NCBI GenBank assembly: GCA_026394965.1
Contig: JAPLZQ010000095.1
Coordinates: forward strand, 1-40,791
DNA: 40,791 nucleotides
Direction: 5' to 3'
Origin: Candidatus Woesearchaeota archaeon
GTDB lineage: Archaea; Nanobdellota; Nanobdellia; Woesearchaeales; 0-14-0-80-44-23
The notes beneath the pieces were generated by a model. It was given only the letters and a program-made list of their open reading frames with translations. It ran no database searches and was not told where the DNA came from. This document shows, one piece after another, positions 18,884-26,994 of this stretch; the stretch's first letter is position 1; the number at the start of each line of letters is the position of its first letter. A program made the position numbers and the translations under genes.

Positions 18884-19906
18884 ATGAATAAGTTCAAGAA
18901 AGGATTAGTTTCACTCATTGCAGCTGCAACAATATGCGCCGGAGGAGTTTTTTCCCAGCCAGCACACACAATAAAAAGCGAGCAGCAGGATGTTCCGTAT
19001 GAGACAATTGAAGAGACTCTTGGCGGATTCACAGGCGGATGGAGCAATGAATCTGAGATGACTCCTGAGGAAAAGGAGAGCTTTGGAAGATACACAAAGG
19101 CATTTGAGACATTCATGACTCCTGAACTCTTAATTGAACTTACAAAGAATTATTCTGATATGGAGAAGCTTAACCTCACCCTTTCAGACGGCGACAAGAA
19201 AAACGGAGAATTCATCAACGGAAAGGAAACGGTTTATTTCATAAACAACGGCAAAGAGTCCCCTCTTGTGTGCAAGATTGAGGATGACAAGGGCAATTTC
19301 TATTACGGATTCTCAAACCTTTCAAAATGCCTTTCAGATGGCATTGAGAAGCAGGTTCATGACACAGCATCAAGAAAGACAGAGGAGGAATTCTCGAAGC
19401 TTGAATGCGCATGCAACGGCGGAGTGAATTTCAATTACAATTTTGCAAGGGCGCTAATCAACGGCGAAGGGCTGTACAAGCCGCGCCTTGACTCAATTGT
19501 TTCTGCAATTGAGCTTGCCACAACTGACGCAACAGGACTACAGAGGAAAAATGCACTTCTGAAGCTTTCTGACGGAATTTACTCATACCCGGCTAATTAT
19601 GAAATCAATGATGAAAGGACATTCCGGCTTTACACCGGCGATGATGTTAACATTGCAATGAGGATGGATACAGGATATTTTGATGCTCAAAAGAAAGTTT
19701 TCTGCGGGCACATATCATTTTACAACAAGACAGACAACACAAATAAATTCAAGCAGAAGATAAGCGCTGCAAATTACACTTATACAGGGCAGGAGGGGCA
19801 AATCCATTTCAATCTGGCAAAGGACATTATGGAATGCGCAACTCAGGAATACCTTGAAAGGCATCCTACAGAGGACTTTACAACAAACAGCCCCAAGGCA
19901 GAGTGA
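18884..19906 (+). CDS. secreted protein of unknown function
   Basis: N-terminal MNKFKKGLVSLIAAATICAGGVF is signal-peptide-like. No recognisable domain. It is the first gene of a three-gene, translationally coupled set. Confidence 0.75.
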   Translation: MNKFKKGLVSLIAAATICAGGVFSQPAHTIKSEQQDVPYETIEETLGGFTGGWSNESEMTPEEKESFGRYTKAFETFMTPELLIELTKNYSDMEKLNLTLSDGDKKNGEFINGKETVYFINNGKESPLVCKIEDDKGNFYYGFSNLSKCLSDGIEKQVHDTASRKTEEEFSKLECACNGGVNFNYNFARALINGEGLYKPRLDSIVSAIELATTDATGLQRKNALLKLSDGIYSYPANYEINDERTFRLYTGDDVNIAMRMDTGYFDAQKKVFCGHISFYNKTDNTNKFKQKISAANYTYTGQEGQIHFNLAKDIMECATQEYLERHPTEDFTTNSPKAE

Positions 19907-19917
19907 GGCGAAAAAAA

Positions 19918-20090
19918 TGAGTATTGATGATAAGATTGATTGGCGTGTTGGTATGGCTTCGGTAAGCATACTAAGAAATTTCGTTGAGGAATACATAAAA
20001 GCCAGCACGATAAAAGGCAAGTATGAAGGTAAGTTTGAAGCACTAATCCAATATTCAGAACTGACAGATTATTTAAAAAAGAACGAGTGA
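19918..20090 (+). CDS. small soluble protein (57 aa), unknown function
   Basis: The ATG at 19918 is preceded by GAGTGAGGCGAAAAAA (stop plus SD). The same cassette precedes the next gene. The listed ORF start at 19854 would overlap the upstream gene. Confidence 0.55.
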
Positions 20091-20107
20091 GGCAGTGAGG
20101 CGAAAAA

Positions 20108-23100
20108 ATGAAAAGCAAAATCTCAAAATCATTACTCTTCATATTCATGTTTGCAGCAGTTTTGCTGCTTTCAGCAGGATTTGCATCTTCAGCATGCGAT
20201 CCATTAGTTGACCCCGACTGCGGGGATGACCCAATTGAGCCGCCATGCATAGGATGCTATCCAACACCCACCCCAACGCCAACTCCAACGCCTATTGTGC
20301 TTTGCGGAAACGGAGTAATAAACACAGGGGAGCAGTGCGAGATGCCTGGAACATCAAACAATAATTACTGCGTCCAGTCAATGCATCAGTGCTCAGGGAA
20401 TAAATACGGAAGCAGGGACATGTACGGAAACTGCAACTCAGCATGCGGATGCTCCAATGATGCATTCACATATTCCTGTTCTTTCGGGAACTGCGGCTCA
20501 GAGTGTGATGCAGCCCATTCCTGCGCCTCAACTGACTGCGACTACCTTGACGGATGCCAGGGAAATTATTATTATGATTACCATGATGTTTCAAACAGCT
20601 GCACAGGAGACTGCGGCTGCACAGAAAATTCATGCACAGCTTACACTGCCACGGTAAACGATCCAAGATGCGTTGAGTGCAATGTTGATTCGGACTGCGA
20701 CAGCAGGGACAAAACTTACTGCTCAGGAGATTCTGTTGTGAGCGTAGAGGGAAAGTGTGTGAGCCACAAGTGCACAGATTCTTCACCATCAATTGTTGAG
20801 AACTGCAATTCCCTTGACAGAGATTACTGCGAGGGAACATCAATAAAGAATGATGACGGATACTGCTCATTTGGCGAATGCAAGGTAACAAAGACAAATG
20901 TGCTTAATTGTAATGATGGGCTTTTCTGCAATGGAGTTGAGTCCTGCAGTGCGGGAAACTGTGTTTCTGGAAGTTCTGTTGATTGCTCAGCAAATGATAT
21001 TTTTGGAATTTCATCTTGCAATAATGTTCCTGATGGCAATTCTTTGACTTGGGATTACCGGGCTTCTTTTGATTCAACATGCAACGAAGCAAGTGATTCG
21101 TGCACTGCTGGTATTTATTCAATAAGCCATTCGTGCAGTGTTAATTCCTGCGGAGCAGAGTGTGATGCTGCCCATGGATGTAGTGCTACTGATTGTGATT
21201 GGAAGGATGGTTGTGTTGGGAAGGATTATTATGATTATTCAGATGTTTCTAATAGTTGCTTGGGTGGTTGTTCTTGCACTGATAATGTGTGTGCTGCTCC
21301 GGTGATTTCATATAATGATGCCAGGTGTGGTGAGTGTGTTTCTGATTCTCAGTGTGATTATTTGGATTCTGATTTTTGCAGCGGGGATTCTGTTTTTCAT
21401 GTTGAGGGGAAATGCATAAATTATGATTGTGTTTCAGGGACAGCTGCTTTGGTGCAGAACTGCAATTCCCTTGACAGGAATTTCTGCGAGGGAACATCAA
21501 TAAAGAATGATGATGGTTATTGCGCTTCAGGGGCTTGTTATGTTTCTACATCTACTGTTATGAATTGTAATGATGGGCTTTTCTGCAATGGGGTTGAGTC
21601 CTGTAGTGCTGGAAACTGTGTTTCTGGAAGTTCTGTTGATTGCTCATCAAATGATATTTTTGGAATTTCATCTTGCAATAATGTTCCTGATGGTAATTCT
21701 TTGACTTGGGATTATAGGGTTTCTTTTGATTCAACTTGTAATGAGGCAAGTGATTCGTGCACTGCTGGTATTTATTCAATAAGTCATTCATGCAGTGTTA
21801 ATTCCTGCGGAGCAGAGTGCGATGTGGTTCATGGATGCGCAGACACATACTGCGACTGGAAGGACGGTTGCGTTGGAAAGGACTATTACGATTATTCCGG
21901 AGTAGAGAATTCATGCCTTTCTGGCTGCGCATGCGAAAACAACGTATGCAGGGCTCCAACAATATATTATGATGATGAAAGATGCAGCGACCATTGCCTT
22001 AATGACAATGACTGCAATTACCTTGATTCAGATTTCTGCAGCAGCGATTCTGTAATGCACATTGATGGAATGTGCATAAGCGGAATCTGCTCAAGCAGCA
22101 CTCCATCTCTTGTAGGGGACTGCACACTGCTTGACAGGAACTTCTGCGAAGGAAGCATTGTCAAGGAGGATACTGGCTACTGCGCAAATGCAGAGTGCAG
22201 GATAACCACATCAATTCTAATGAACTGCAATGATGGGCTTTTCTGCAATGGGGTTGAGTCCTGCAGTGCTGGGAACTGTGTTGCTGGAAGTTCTGTTGAT
22301 TGTTCGGGTAATGATGTTTTTGGGGTTTCTTCTTGTAATAATGTTCCTGATGGCAATTCTTTGACTTGGGATTATAGGGCTTCTTTTGATTCAACATGCA
22401 ACGAGGCAACTGACTCCTGCACAGCAGGAAGTTCTGCAATAAGCCATTCGTGCAGCGTTGATTCCTGCGGAGCAGAGTGCTCAAACGGGCAGGTTGAAGT
22501 AAGGAGCTGCACATACGGGGGAATCCAGAGCAGGAGCTGCACAGACAGCTGCATCTGGGGAATCTGGAGCAATTGCGAAAATGAGGGCGTATGCACACCA
22601 GGAACAAAGGAAAGCAGGGAATGCGGCTACTGCGGCACATCTGAACGGGTATGCCTTGAAAATTACCAGTGGGGCTTATGGGGCTCATGCTCAGGCGCAG
22701 GAGTATGCGTTTCAGGATTAGTTGACTATGAAATGTGCGGAAAAGGCGGCTCAAGATTCAGGACATGCGATGATTCATGCTACTGGGGCGCATTCAGCAA
22801 CTGCACAGATGAAAAGGAGTGCTATCCAGGAACAATTGAAGAGGAAAAATGCCTTATCTTTGGGGTAAGGAAAAGGATATGCCAATCAAACTATTACTGG
22901 GGCTCATGGAGTTCCTGCACTTTCCCAAGAGGGGACATTGCAATAAACCAGCTTCAGATAATAAATGAGGACTGCATCCAGCCAGGAGAGGATTTGACTG
23001 CGCTTGTTGACTTCAGCATGCTTGGATACCATGAGCAGGAAGTCAAGATAACAGCAGTCATACCAGACCTTTCCTTAAGAAGCAGGATAGGTCCGATTGA

Positions 23101-23275
23101 TGTTGAGGCAGACGGCGAAATCTCAAGGGTTTTGCTCCTGACTCTCCCAGAGGACACGCCCGAGGGAGTTTATGACGTTAGATTCACTATCAATGACGAC
23201 ATAAGAAGGGTAAAGCACAGAAGCATCATAGTGAAAAAAACCTGCTGCAGAAGTTGCTCATGCAGCAGCTGCTGA
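20108..23275 (+). CDS. giant cysteine-rich secreted repeat protein
   Basis: Domain order:
- signal peptide;
- (PT)6 linker;
- CGNGVINTGEQCE motif;
- three ~219-aa Cys-rich repeats;
- four short WGxWSxC repeats;
- a CARDB-like C-terminal domain;
- a CCRSCSCSSC tail.
No TM anchor. Confidence 0.9.
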   Translation: MKSKISKSLLFIFMFAAVLLLSAGFASSACDPLVDPDCGDDPIEPPCIGCYPTPTPTPTPTPIVLCGNGVINTGEQCEMPGTSNNNYCVQSMHQCSGNKYGSRDMYGNCNSACGCSNDAFTYSCSFGNCGSECDAAHSCASTDCDYLDGCQGNYYYDYHDVSNSCTGDCGCTENSCTAYTATVNDPRCVECNVDSDCDSRDKTYCSGDSVVSVEGKCVSHKCTDSSPSIVENCNSLDRDYCEGTSIKNDDGYCSFGECKVTKTNVLNCNDGLFCNGVESCSAGNCVSGSSVDCSANDIFGISSCNNVPDGNSLTWDYRASFDSTCNEASDSCTAGIYSISHSCSVNSCGAECDAAHGCSATDCDWKDGCVGKDYYDYSDVSNSCLGGCSCTDNVCAAPVISYNDARCGECVSDSQCDYLDSDFCSGDSVFHVEGKCINYDCVSGTAALVQNCNSLDRNFCEGTSIKNDDGYCASGACYVSTSTVMNCNDGLFCNGVESCSAGNCVSGSSVDCSSNDIFGISSCNNVPDGNSLTWDYRVSFDSTCNEASDSCTAGIYSISHSCSVNSCGAECDVVHGCADTYCDWKDGCVGKDYYDYSGVENSCLSGCACENNVCRAPTIYYDDERCSDHCLNDNDCNYLDSDFCSSDSVMHIDGMCISGICSSSTPSLVGDCTLLDRNFCEGSIVKEDTGYCANAECRITTSILMNCNDGLFCNGVESCSAGNCVAGSSVDCSGNDVFGVSSCNNVPDGNSLTWDYRASFDSTCNEATDSCTAGSSAISHSCSVDSCGAECSNGQVEVRSCTYGGIQSRSCTDSCIWGIWSNCENEGVCTPGTKESRECGYCGTSERVCLENYQWGLWGSCSGAGVCVSGLVDYEMCGKGGSRFRTCDDSCYWGAFSNCTDEKECYPGTIEEEKCLIFGVRKRICQSNYYWGSWSSCTFPRGDIAINQLQIINEDCIQPGEDLTALVDFSMLGYHEQEVKITAVIPDLSLRSRIGPIDVEADGEISRVLLLTLPEDTPEGVYDVRFTINDDIRRVKHRSIIVKKTCCRSCSCSSC
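20477..22450 (+). repeat. three in-frame tandem repeats of 657, 657 and 660 nt
   Basis: Units start at the Cys codons 20477, 21134 and 21791, and the array ends before 22451. Each unit begins CS(F/V)xxCG(S/A)EC and ends SISHS/AISHS. Confidence 0.95.
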
Positions 23276-23418
23276 TTGATTTATGATTTCAGCTCAAAAG
23301 GATAAATCCGCAAATTTCCGACGGAAGCAAAATTCACCGATGAATTTTTCGTCGCAGGTAAAAATCAGATGACTACCGAAATGTAGGCAAGTGTAATCAC
23401 TATATAATGCTAAAAAAA

Positions 23419-23436
23419 CCGAAAGTTTTATATAGG
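23419..23436 (+). promoter_or_regulatory. BRE/TATA promoter (CCGAAAGTTTTATATAGG)
   Basis: About 140 nt upstream of the ATG at 23577, which implies a long 5' UTR. A second TATA-like CTATATAA lies at 23400. Confidence 0.5.
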
Positions 23437-23576
23437 GGTTGTGATTACTACACAGCAACAAATAAAATATTCGACGCTGATTTTTGAATTTGCGGAGAAA
23501 TTATCAACAGTAAGAGACAAAAGGTCAAAAACAATAAACCGATAAAGTTAAATTAAAACAATGGGGGTAGGAAAAA

Positions 23577-24824
23577 ATGAAAAATTTTTGGTTAATTTTG
23601 TTTGTTGTTGGAATTATAACAACAGTATTTGTTAGCGCACTGCCAACAGTAGAACAGCTGAAGATAAACGGCGATGTCTTTGAGACTGGAGACACATTAG
23701 TTGTTGAAAGAGGAGAGACACTTGACATCAAGGTTAAGCTTCAGGCAGAAAATGTTGAGAAGAATATAGAAGGAGATGCAGTTATTCTTGGTTATGAATA
23801 CAATGACCATGAATCAATCTCAGACTCAACTCACCTATTCGACATGGAAGCAGGCGATACTGTCTACAAGACTATGCAGATAAAGGTGCCAGAGAAGACA
23901 GAAAAGGACTTCTACGACTTGAGAATCAGGTTCGGCACAAGGACAGAAGACGCATTTGAAGGAAGATACAGGCTTCACATTGTTGAATCAAGACATGATG
24001 TTGTCATAAAAGACGTCGTTTTGAGCCCAGAAGGAACAGTAAAGTCCGGAAGAGCTTTGCTCGCAATTGTAAGAGTGAAGAACATGGGCGCAAAGGACGA
24101 AGACGGAATAAAGATCAAGGTTTCAATACCAGACCTTGGAATCTCAGGCTCTGAATACATTGACGAGCTCAAGGCAGGAGAGTCAACATCCTCAGAAGAG
24201 ATATACCTCAAGATACCAACATGCGTTGCATCAGGAAGTTATGCAGTAAAGGCATCAATTGAGTATGATGAATCTTATGAAGAATCAACATACACAACTG
24301 AAATTGACATAGTTGAAGAGGATGTCTGCAAGGCAAAGGCTACAACTGTTGAAGAGAAGACAGAAATAATGATAGGCGCAGTAAGCCAGTCTGTCAAGAG
24401 AGGAGGAGCAGGAGCAGTCTATCCAATCACAATAAAGAACGCAGGAAACTCAGCACAGACATATATAGTGTCAGTTGCAGGAGTAGATGACTGGGCATCA
24501 GTCCAGATATCACCTAGCGCTGTGTTCATCGTTCAGCCAGGCGAGCTGAAATCAGCTTATGTCTACCTATCCCCTAGAGAGAACGCAGCTGAAGGCGAAC
24601 ACGTGTTTAGCATAAAGGTTGGATCAGCAGGCGAGGAGAAGCAGATTCCGGTCAGTGTAGTGGTCTCAGGAAAGCCAGCCAACTCTTGGACAAATGTCAA
24701 GAGAGGGCTTGAAATTGCTGGGATCGTCTTGGTTGTTTTGCTTGTAATATTGGGCATCATACTTGCCTTAAACAGGCTTGGCGGCAAAGAGCACAAGGAA
24801 GAAGAGAACCAGACCTACTATTAA
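23577..24824 (+). CDS. membrane-anchored CARDB-like surface (S-layer-like) protein
   Basis: Signal peptide, three beta-sandwich-like modules (VRVKNMGAKDEDGIKIKVSIPDLGISGSEY...; ITIKNAGNSAQTYIVSV...), and a C-terminal TM helix GIVLVVLLVILGIILAL. Confidence 0.85.
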   Translation: MKNFWLILFVVGIITTVFVSALPTVEQLKINGDVFETGDTLVVERGETLDIKVKLQAENVEKNIEGDAVILGYEYNDHESISDSTHLFDMEAGDTVYKTMQIKVPEKTEKDFYDLRIRFGTRTEDAFEGRYRLHIVESRHDVVIKDVVLSPEGTVKSGRALLAIVRVKNMGAKDEDGIKIKVSIPDLGISGSEYIDELKAGESTSSEEIYLKIPTCVASGSYAVKASIEYDESYEESTYTTEIDIVEEDVCKAKATTVEEKTEIMIGAVSQSVKRGGAGAVYPITIKNAGNSAQTYIVSVAGVDDWASVQISPSAVFIVQPGELKSAYVYLSPRENAAEGEHVFSIKVGSAGEEKQIPVSVVVSGKPANSWTNVKRGLEIAGIVLVVLLVILGIILALNRLGGKEHKEEENQTYY

Positions 24825-25077
24825 ATTATTTATATTTTTTAATTATTATTTTTTTTATTTTTTCTCATTAAATTTTTCTAATTAAATGCCTGTTTTCTTT
24901 GCGTATTGTTATGAACTGATTTAGTTTAGTATATAATAAATCCCGCTTATTTTTGGCTTGCAGGGCTTTTACATAATGGATAACAAAAGCCCAAAAATAT
25001 TCCGGACATCTATTGCCTTCATTTATTCTCCTTTTTTATTGCGCCCTGAAAAGCCATTTTTCAGCACGCCTTAAAAC

Positions 25078-25094
25078 CAAAAGATTTATATATT
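25078..25094 (+). promoter_or_regulatory. BRE/TATA promoter (AAAAGATTTATATAT)
   Basis: Same core as at 18798 and 28281. It lies about 110 nt before the ATG at 25206, which has the SD GGGGGTG. Confidence 0.55.
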
Positions 25095-25205
25095 CTGACT
25101 TCTCTCTCCAGTAGTAAATAATTTAAATGTGCGCTTTTTCACCAGACGGAAAAAGTTGAAATAGTTTAAGATAACTTTTGCATATTTTGAGATGGGGGTG
25201 CTTTT

Positions 25206-26906
25206 ATGGGCAAAATTTCAAGTGAAAAATCCAGCAAGAAAAGTCTTATTTTGATTCCGCTTATCGTCATGATTCTTATATTCTTTTCATCAATCGCATC
25301 TGCAGCCCTGTCTGATTTCTCAGCATATTCAAGCAACGCAGAGATAAGGATAAATTCCTGCAGTGTTTTCACAGACACAATAAAATTCCGAAACAACGGA
25401 AATGAGATAGTTACATTCAAGCTTGGGCTGTCTGGTTCAGCATCGGGATTTTCAGTGCTTACGCCAGGAGACTTCTTCCTCCTTCCAGGAGAATCAAAGG
25501 AGGTATACTCCTTCATAAGCCCGGGCTGCGAGAATGCAGGAAAATACTCTCTTAAAGTAATTATTGATACTAACTTCGGCACCAAGGAATTGAGCCAGGA
25601 GATAATTGTCACAAAGCCATCCAACCTGGAGCTCTCTGTTGCTGAAAGCTCAATTGAGTCCTGCTCAAATGAGAGTGCAGTCTTTGAATTCACATTAAGA
25701 AACACAGGAACATTCAAGGAGCATTACACCTTTGGGACAAGAGGGCTTTTCGGCAAGTCATCCCTTGACAGGAAAGAGGCATGGCTCATGCCAAATGAAA
25801 CTGCAAAGATAGCCCTTAATTTCACCATAGGAAAGGCAGGGAAATATGAGTCAACTTTCATTGCAAAATCTGAAAATTCAGGGCTTTCTTCTGAAATCCC
25901 ATTAAAGATAACTCTCAATAAATGCGGAGTCCAGAAAAGCATTATTACAAGAATAGGAGAGATGCTTAAGGGAATCGCAAAATTACTTAAAATAATAATT
26001 ATTGCGCTTCTCATACTGATAGCTGTTATAATCCTGCTTGTCCTTTTAATCAGGAAATTCATTCCCTTCTTAAGGAATAAGCTTGCAGAAAGGAAAATGA
26101 AAAAGGCAGAGGAAAAAGCGCAGGAGCCTTATTACAAGCCGATTGTGGGAAAGAAAGAAAAGAACGTCCTAAAGGCGAAATCAGTCGCCAAGGCAGAAAA
26201 GACGCTTAAGCCAAAGGCTGCTAAGCCAAAGGTATCAGAAAAGCCAATAAAGGAAAAGCCAGCTGAAAAAATGAGGATTGACTGGCTGAAATGGATTGTG
26301 GTATTCCTTTGGATAGCGCTGATTGTTTTTGCCATTCTCTACTTTGTGGGATTTTCCAATGTCAAGGCAGGAATCTCCGATGCAGCAGAATCTGTAAAGA
26401 ATTTCTTTGCAGAAATTTTCAAGAGCCTCAAGCTTTTCTTTGCAAATGTTTTTGCAAAGGCAGTCAAAAGCCCTGAGAAAGAGGCAATTAGCCAGAACCT
26501 TTCAGGGAAAAATGCCTCTGGTGGTATAATTGTTCCTGCTGAAAATGCAACTGCGCCAAAGCCAGTTGAATCATCCAATAAAAGCGGCGGAATAAAGCCA
26601 ATGCTCACAATAAACAACACTGGCGCAGGAAATGCAACTGAAAGTGCAACTCCAAACGCTTCAACTGCTCCAAAACAGAATGGAACAGCAGCAAAGGAGA
26701 GTCCAATTCCAAGCCCGGTTCAGAAGGAAAGCCCTGCAGCAAACAAGACGCAACTGCCAAAAACTAATTCAAAGGCAAAGGATTTCATAACGTCTGCATG
26801 GGAGTATGTAAAGCTCTACCTTAATTACATAGTTCTTGGAGTCGCCCTGACAATAGTTTTCATAATATTCATGAATGTTTCAGAGAACAGGGCAAAGAAA
26901 AAGTAA
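25206..26906 (+). CDS. multi-pass surface protein with CARDB-like domains, Lys-rich loop and sequon-rich segment
   Basis: N-terminal TM or signal peptide and two beta-sandwich-like modules. These are followed by a TM helix, a KPK/KEK-rich loop, a second TM helix, an N-x-S/T-rich segment and a C-terminal TM helix. Confidence 0.8.
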   Translation: MGKISSEKSSKKSLILIPLIVMILIFFSSIASAALSDFSAYSSNAEIRINSCSVFTDTIKFRNNGNEIVTFKLGLSGSASGFSVLTPGDFFLLPGESKEVYSFISPGCENAGKYSLKVIIDTNFGTKELSQEIIVTKPSNLELSVAESSIESCSNESAVFEFTLRNTGTFKEHYTFGTRGLFGKSSLDRKEAWLMPNETAKIALNFTIGKAGKYESTFIAKSENSGLSSEIPLKITLNKCGVQKSIITRIGEMLKGIAKLLKIIIIALLILIAVIILLVLLIRKFIPFLRNKLAERKMKKAEEKAQEPYYKPIVGKKEKNVLKAKSVAKAEKTLKPKAAKPKVSEKPIKEKPAEKMRIDWLKWIVVFLWIALIVFAILYFVGFSNVKAGISDAAESVKNFFAEIFKSLKLFFANVFAKAVKSPEKEAISQNLSGKNASGGIIVPAENATAPKPVESSNKSGGIKPMLTINNTGAGNATESATPNASTAPKQNGTAAKESPIPSPVQKESPAANKTQLPKTNSKAKDFITSAWEYVKLYLNYIVLGVALTIVFIIFMNVSENRAKKK

Positions 26907-26994
26907 ACTATAATTTTTTTGCTTTTTAATATTTTTTAAATAATCCTTTGAGAAATAACATTTAATATTTTAAATTTTAATTTTGAAATGTTTC

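Noticed and set aside
18884-18960. Class III (prepilin-like) signal peptide in the 340-aa protein (MNKFKKG/LVSLIAAATI), and a type IV pilin-like G/LVLIE motif in the upstream extension of the 678-aa protein
   Set aside because: Both N-termini are equally compatible with ordinary Sec signals, and ATIC could also be a weak lipobox. The hydrophobic stretch in the 340-aa protein is short. No prepilin peptidase or pilus ATPase genes are in the window.
20466-22754. Several minus-strand ORFs of 71-197 aa inside the Cys-rich gene (20466-20897, 20824-21039, 20904-21122, 21249-21500, 21558-21791, 22161-22754, 22372-22596)
   Set aside because: They are antisense to a gene with clear repeat structure, a signal peptide and domain logic. 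Their translations are low-complexity (Q/H/N/K/C-rich) and recur only because the sense strand is repeated. The codon bias of the sense strand simply leaves the antisense frames free of stops.
22928-22936. RGD tripeptide in the Cys-rich protein
   Set aside because: A single tripeptide is expected by chance in a 1055-aa protein. There is no supporting context.
23307-23496. Nested inverted repeats around the 415-aa gene promoter: TCCGCAAATT/AATTTGCGGA, AAAATCAG/CTGATTTT and GTAATCAC/GTGATTAC
   Set aside because: The arms are not colinear as a single long hairpin, because the spacings on the two sides differ greatly. 8-mers can match by chance in AT-rich DNA. Only the 10-mer pair is mildly unexpected. 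I do not consider this enough to call a structure.
25166-25717. 183-aa minus-strand ORF overlapping the start of the 566-aa gene
   Set aside because: The plus-strand gene has an SD (GGGGGTG), an N-terminal TM helix or signal peptide and conserved domain patterns. The minus-strand ORF has none of these and would run through the promoter.
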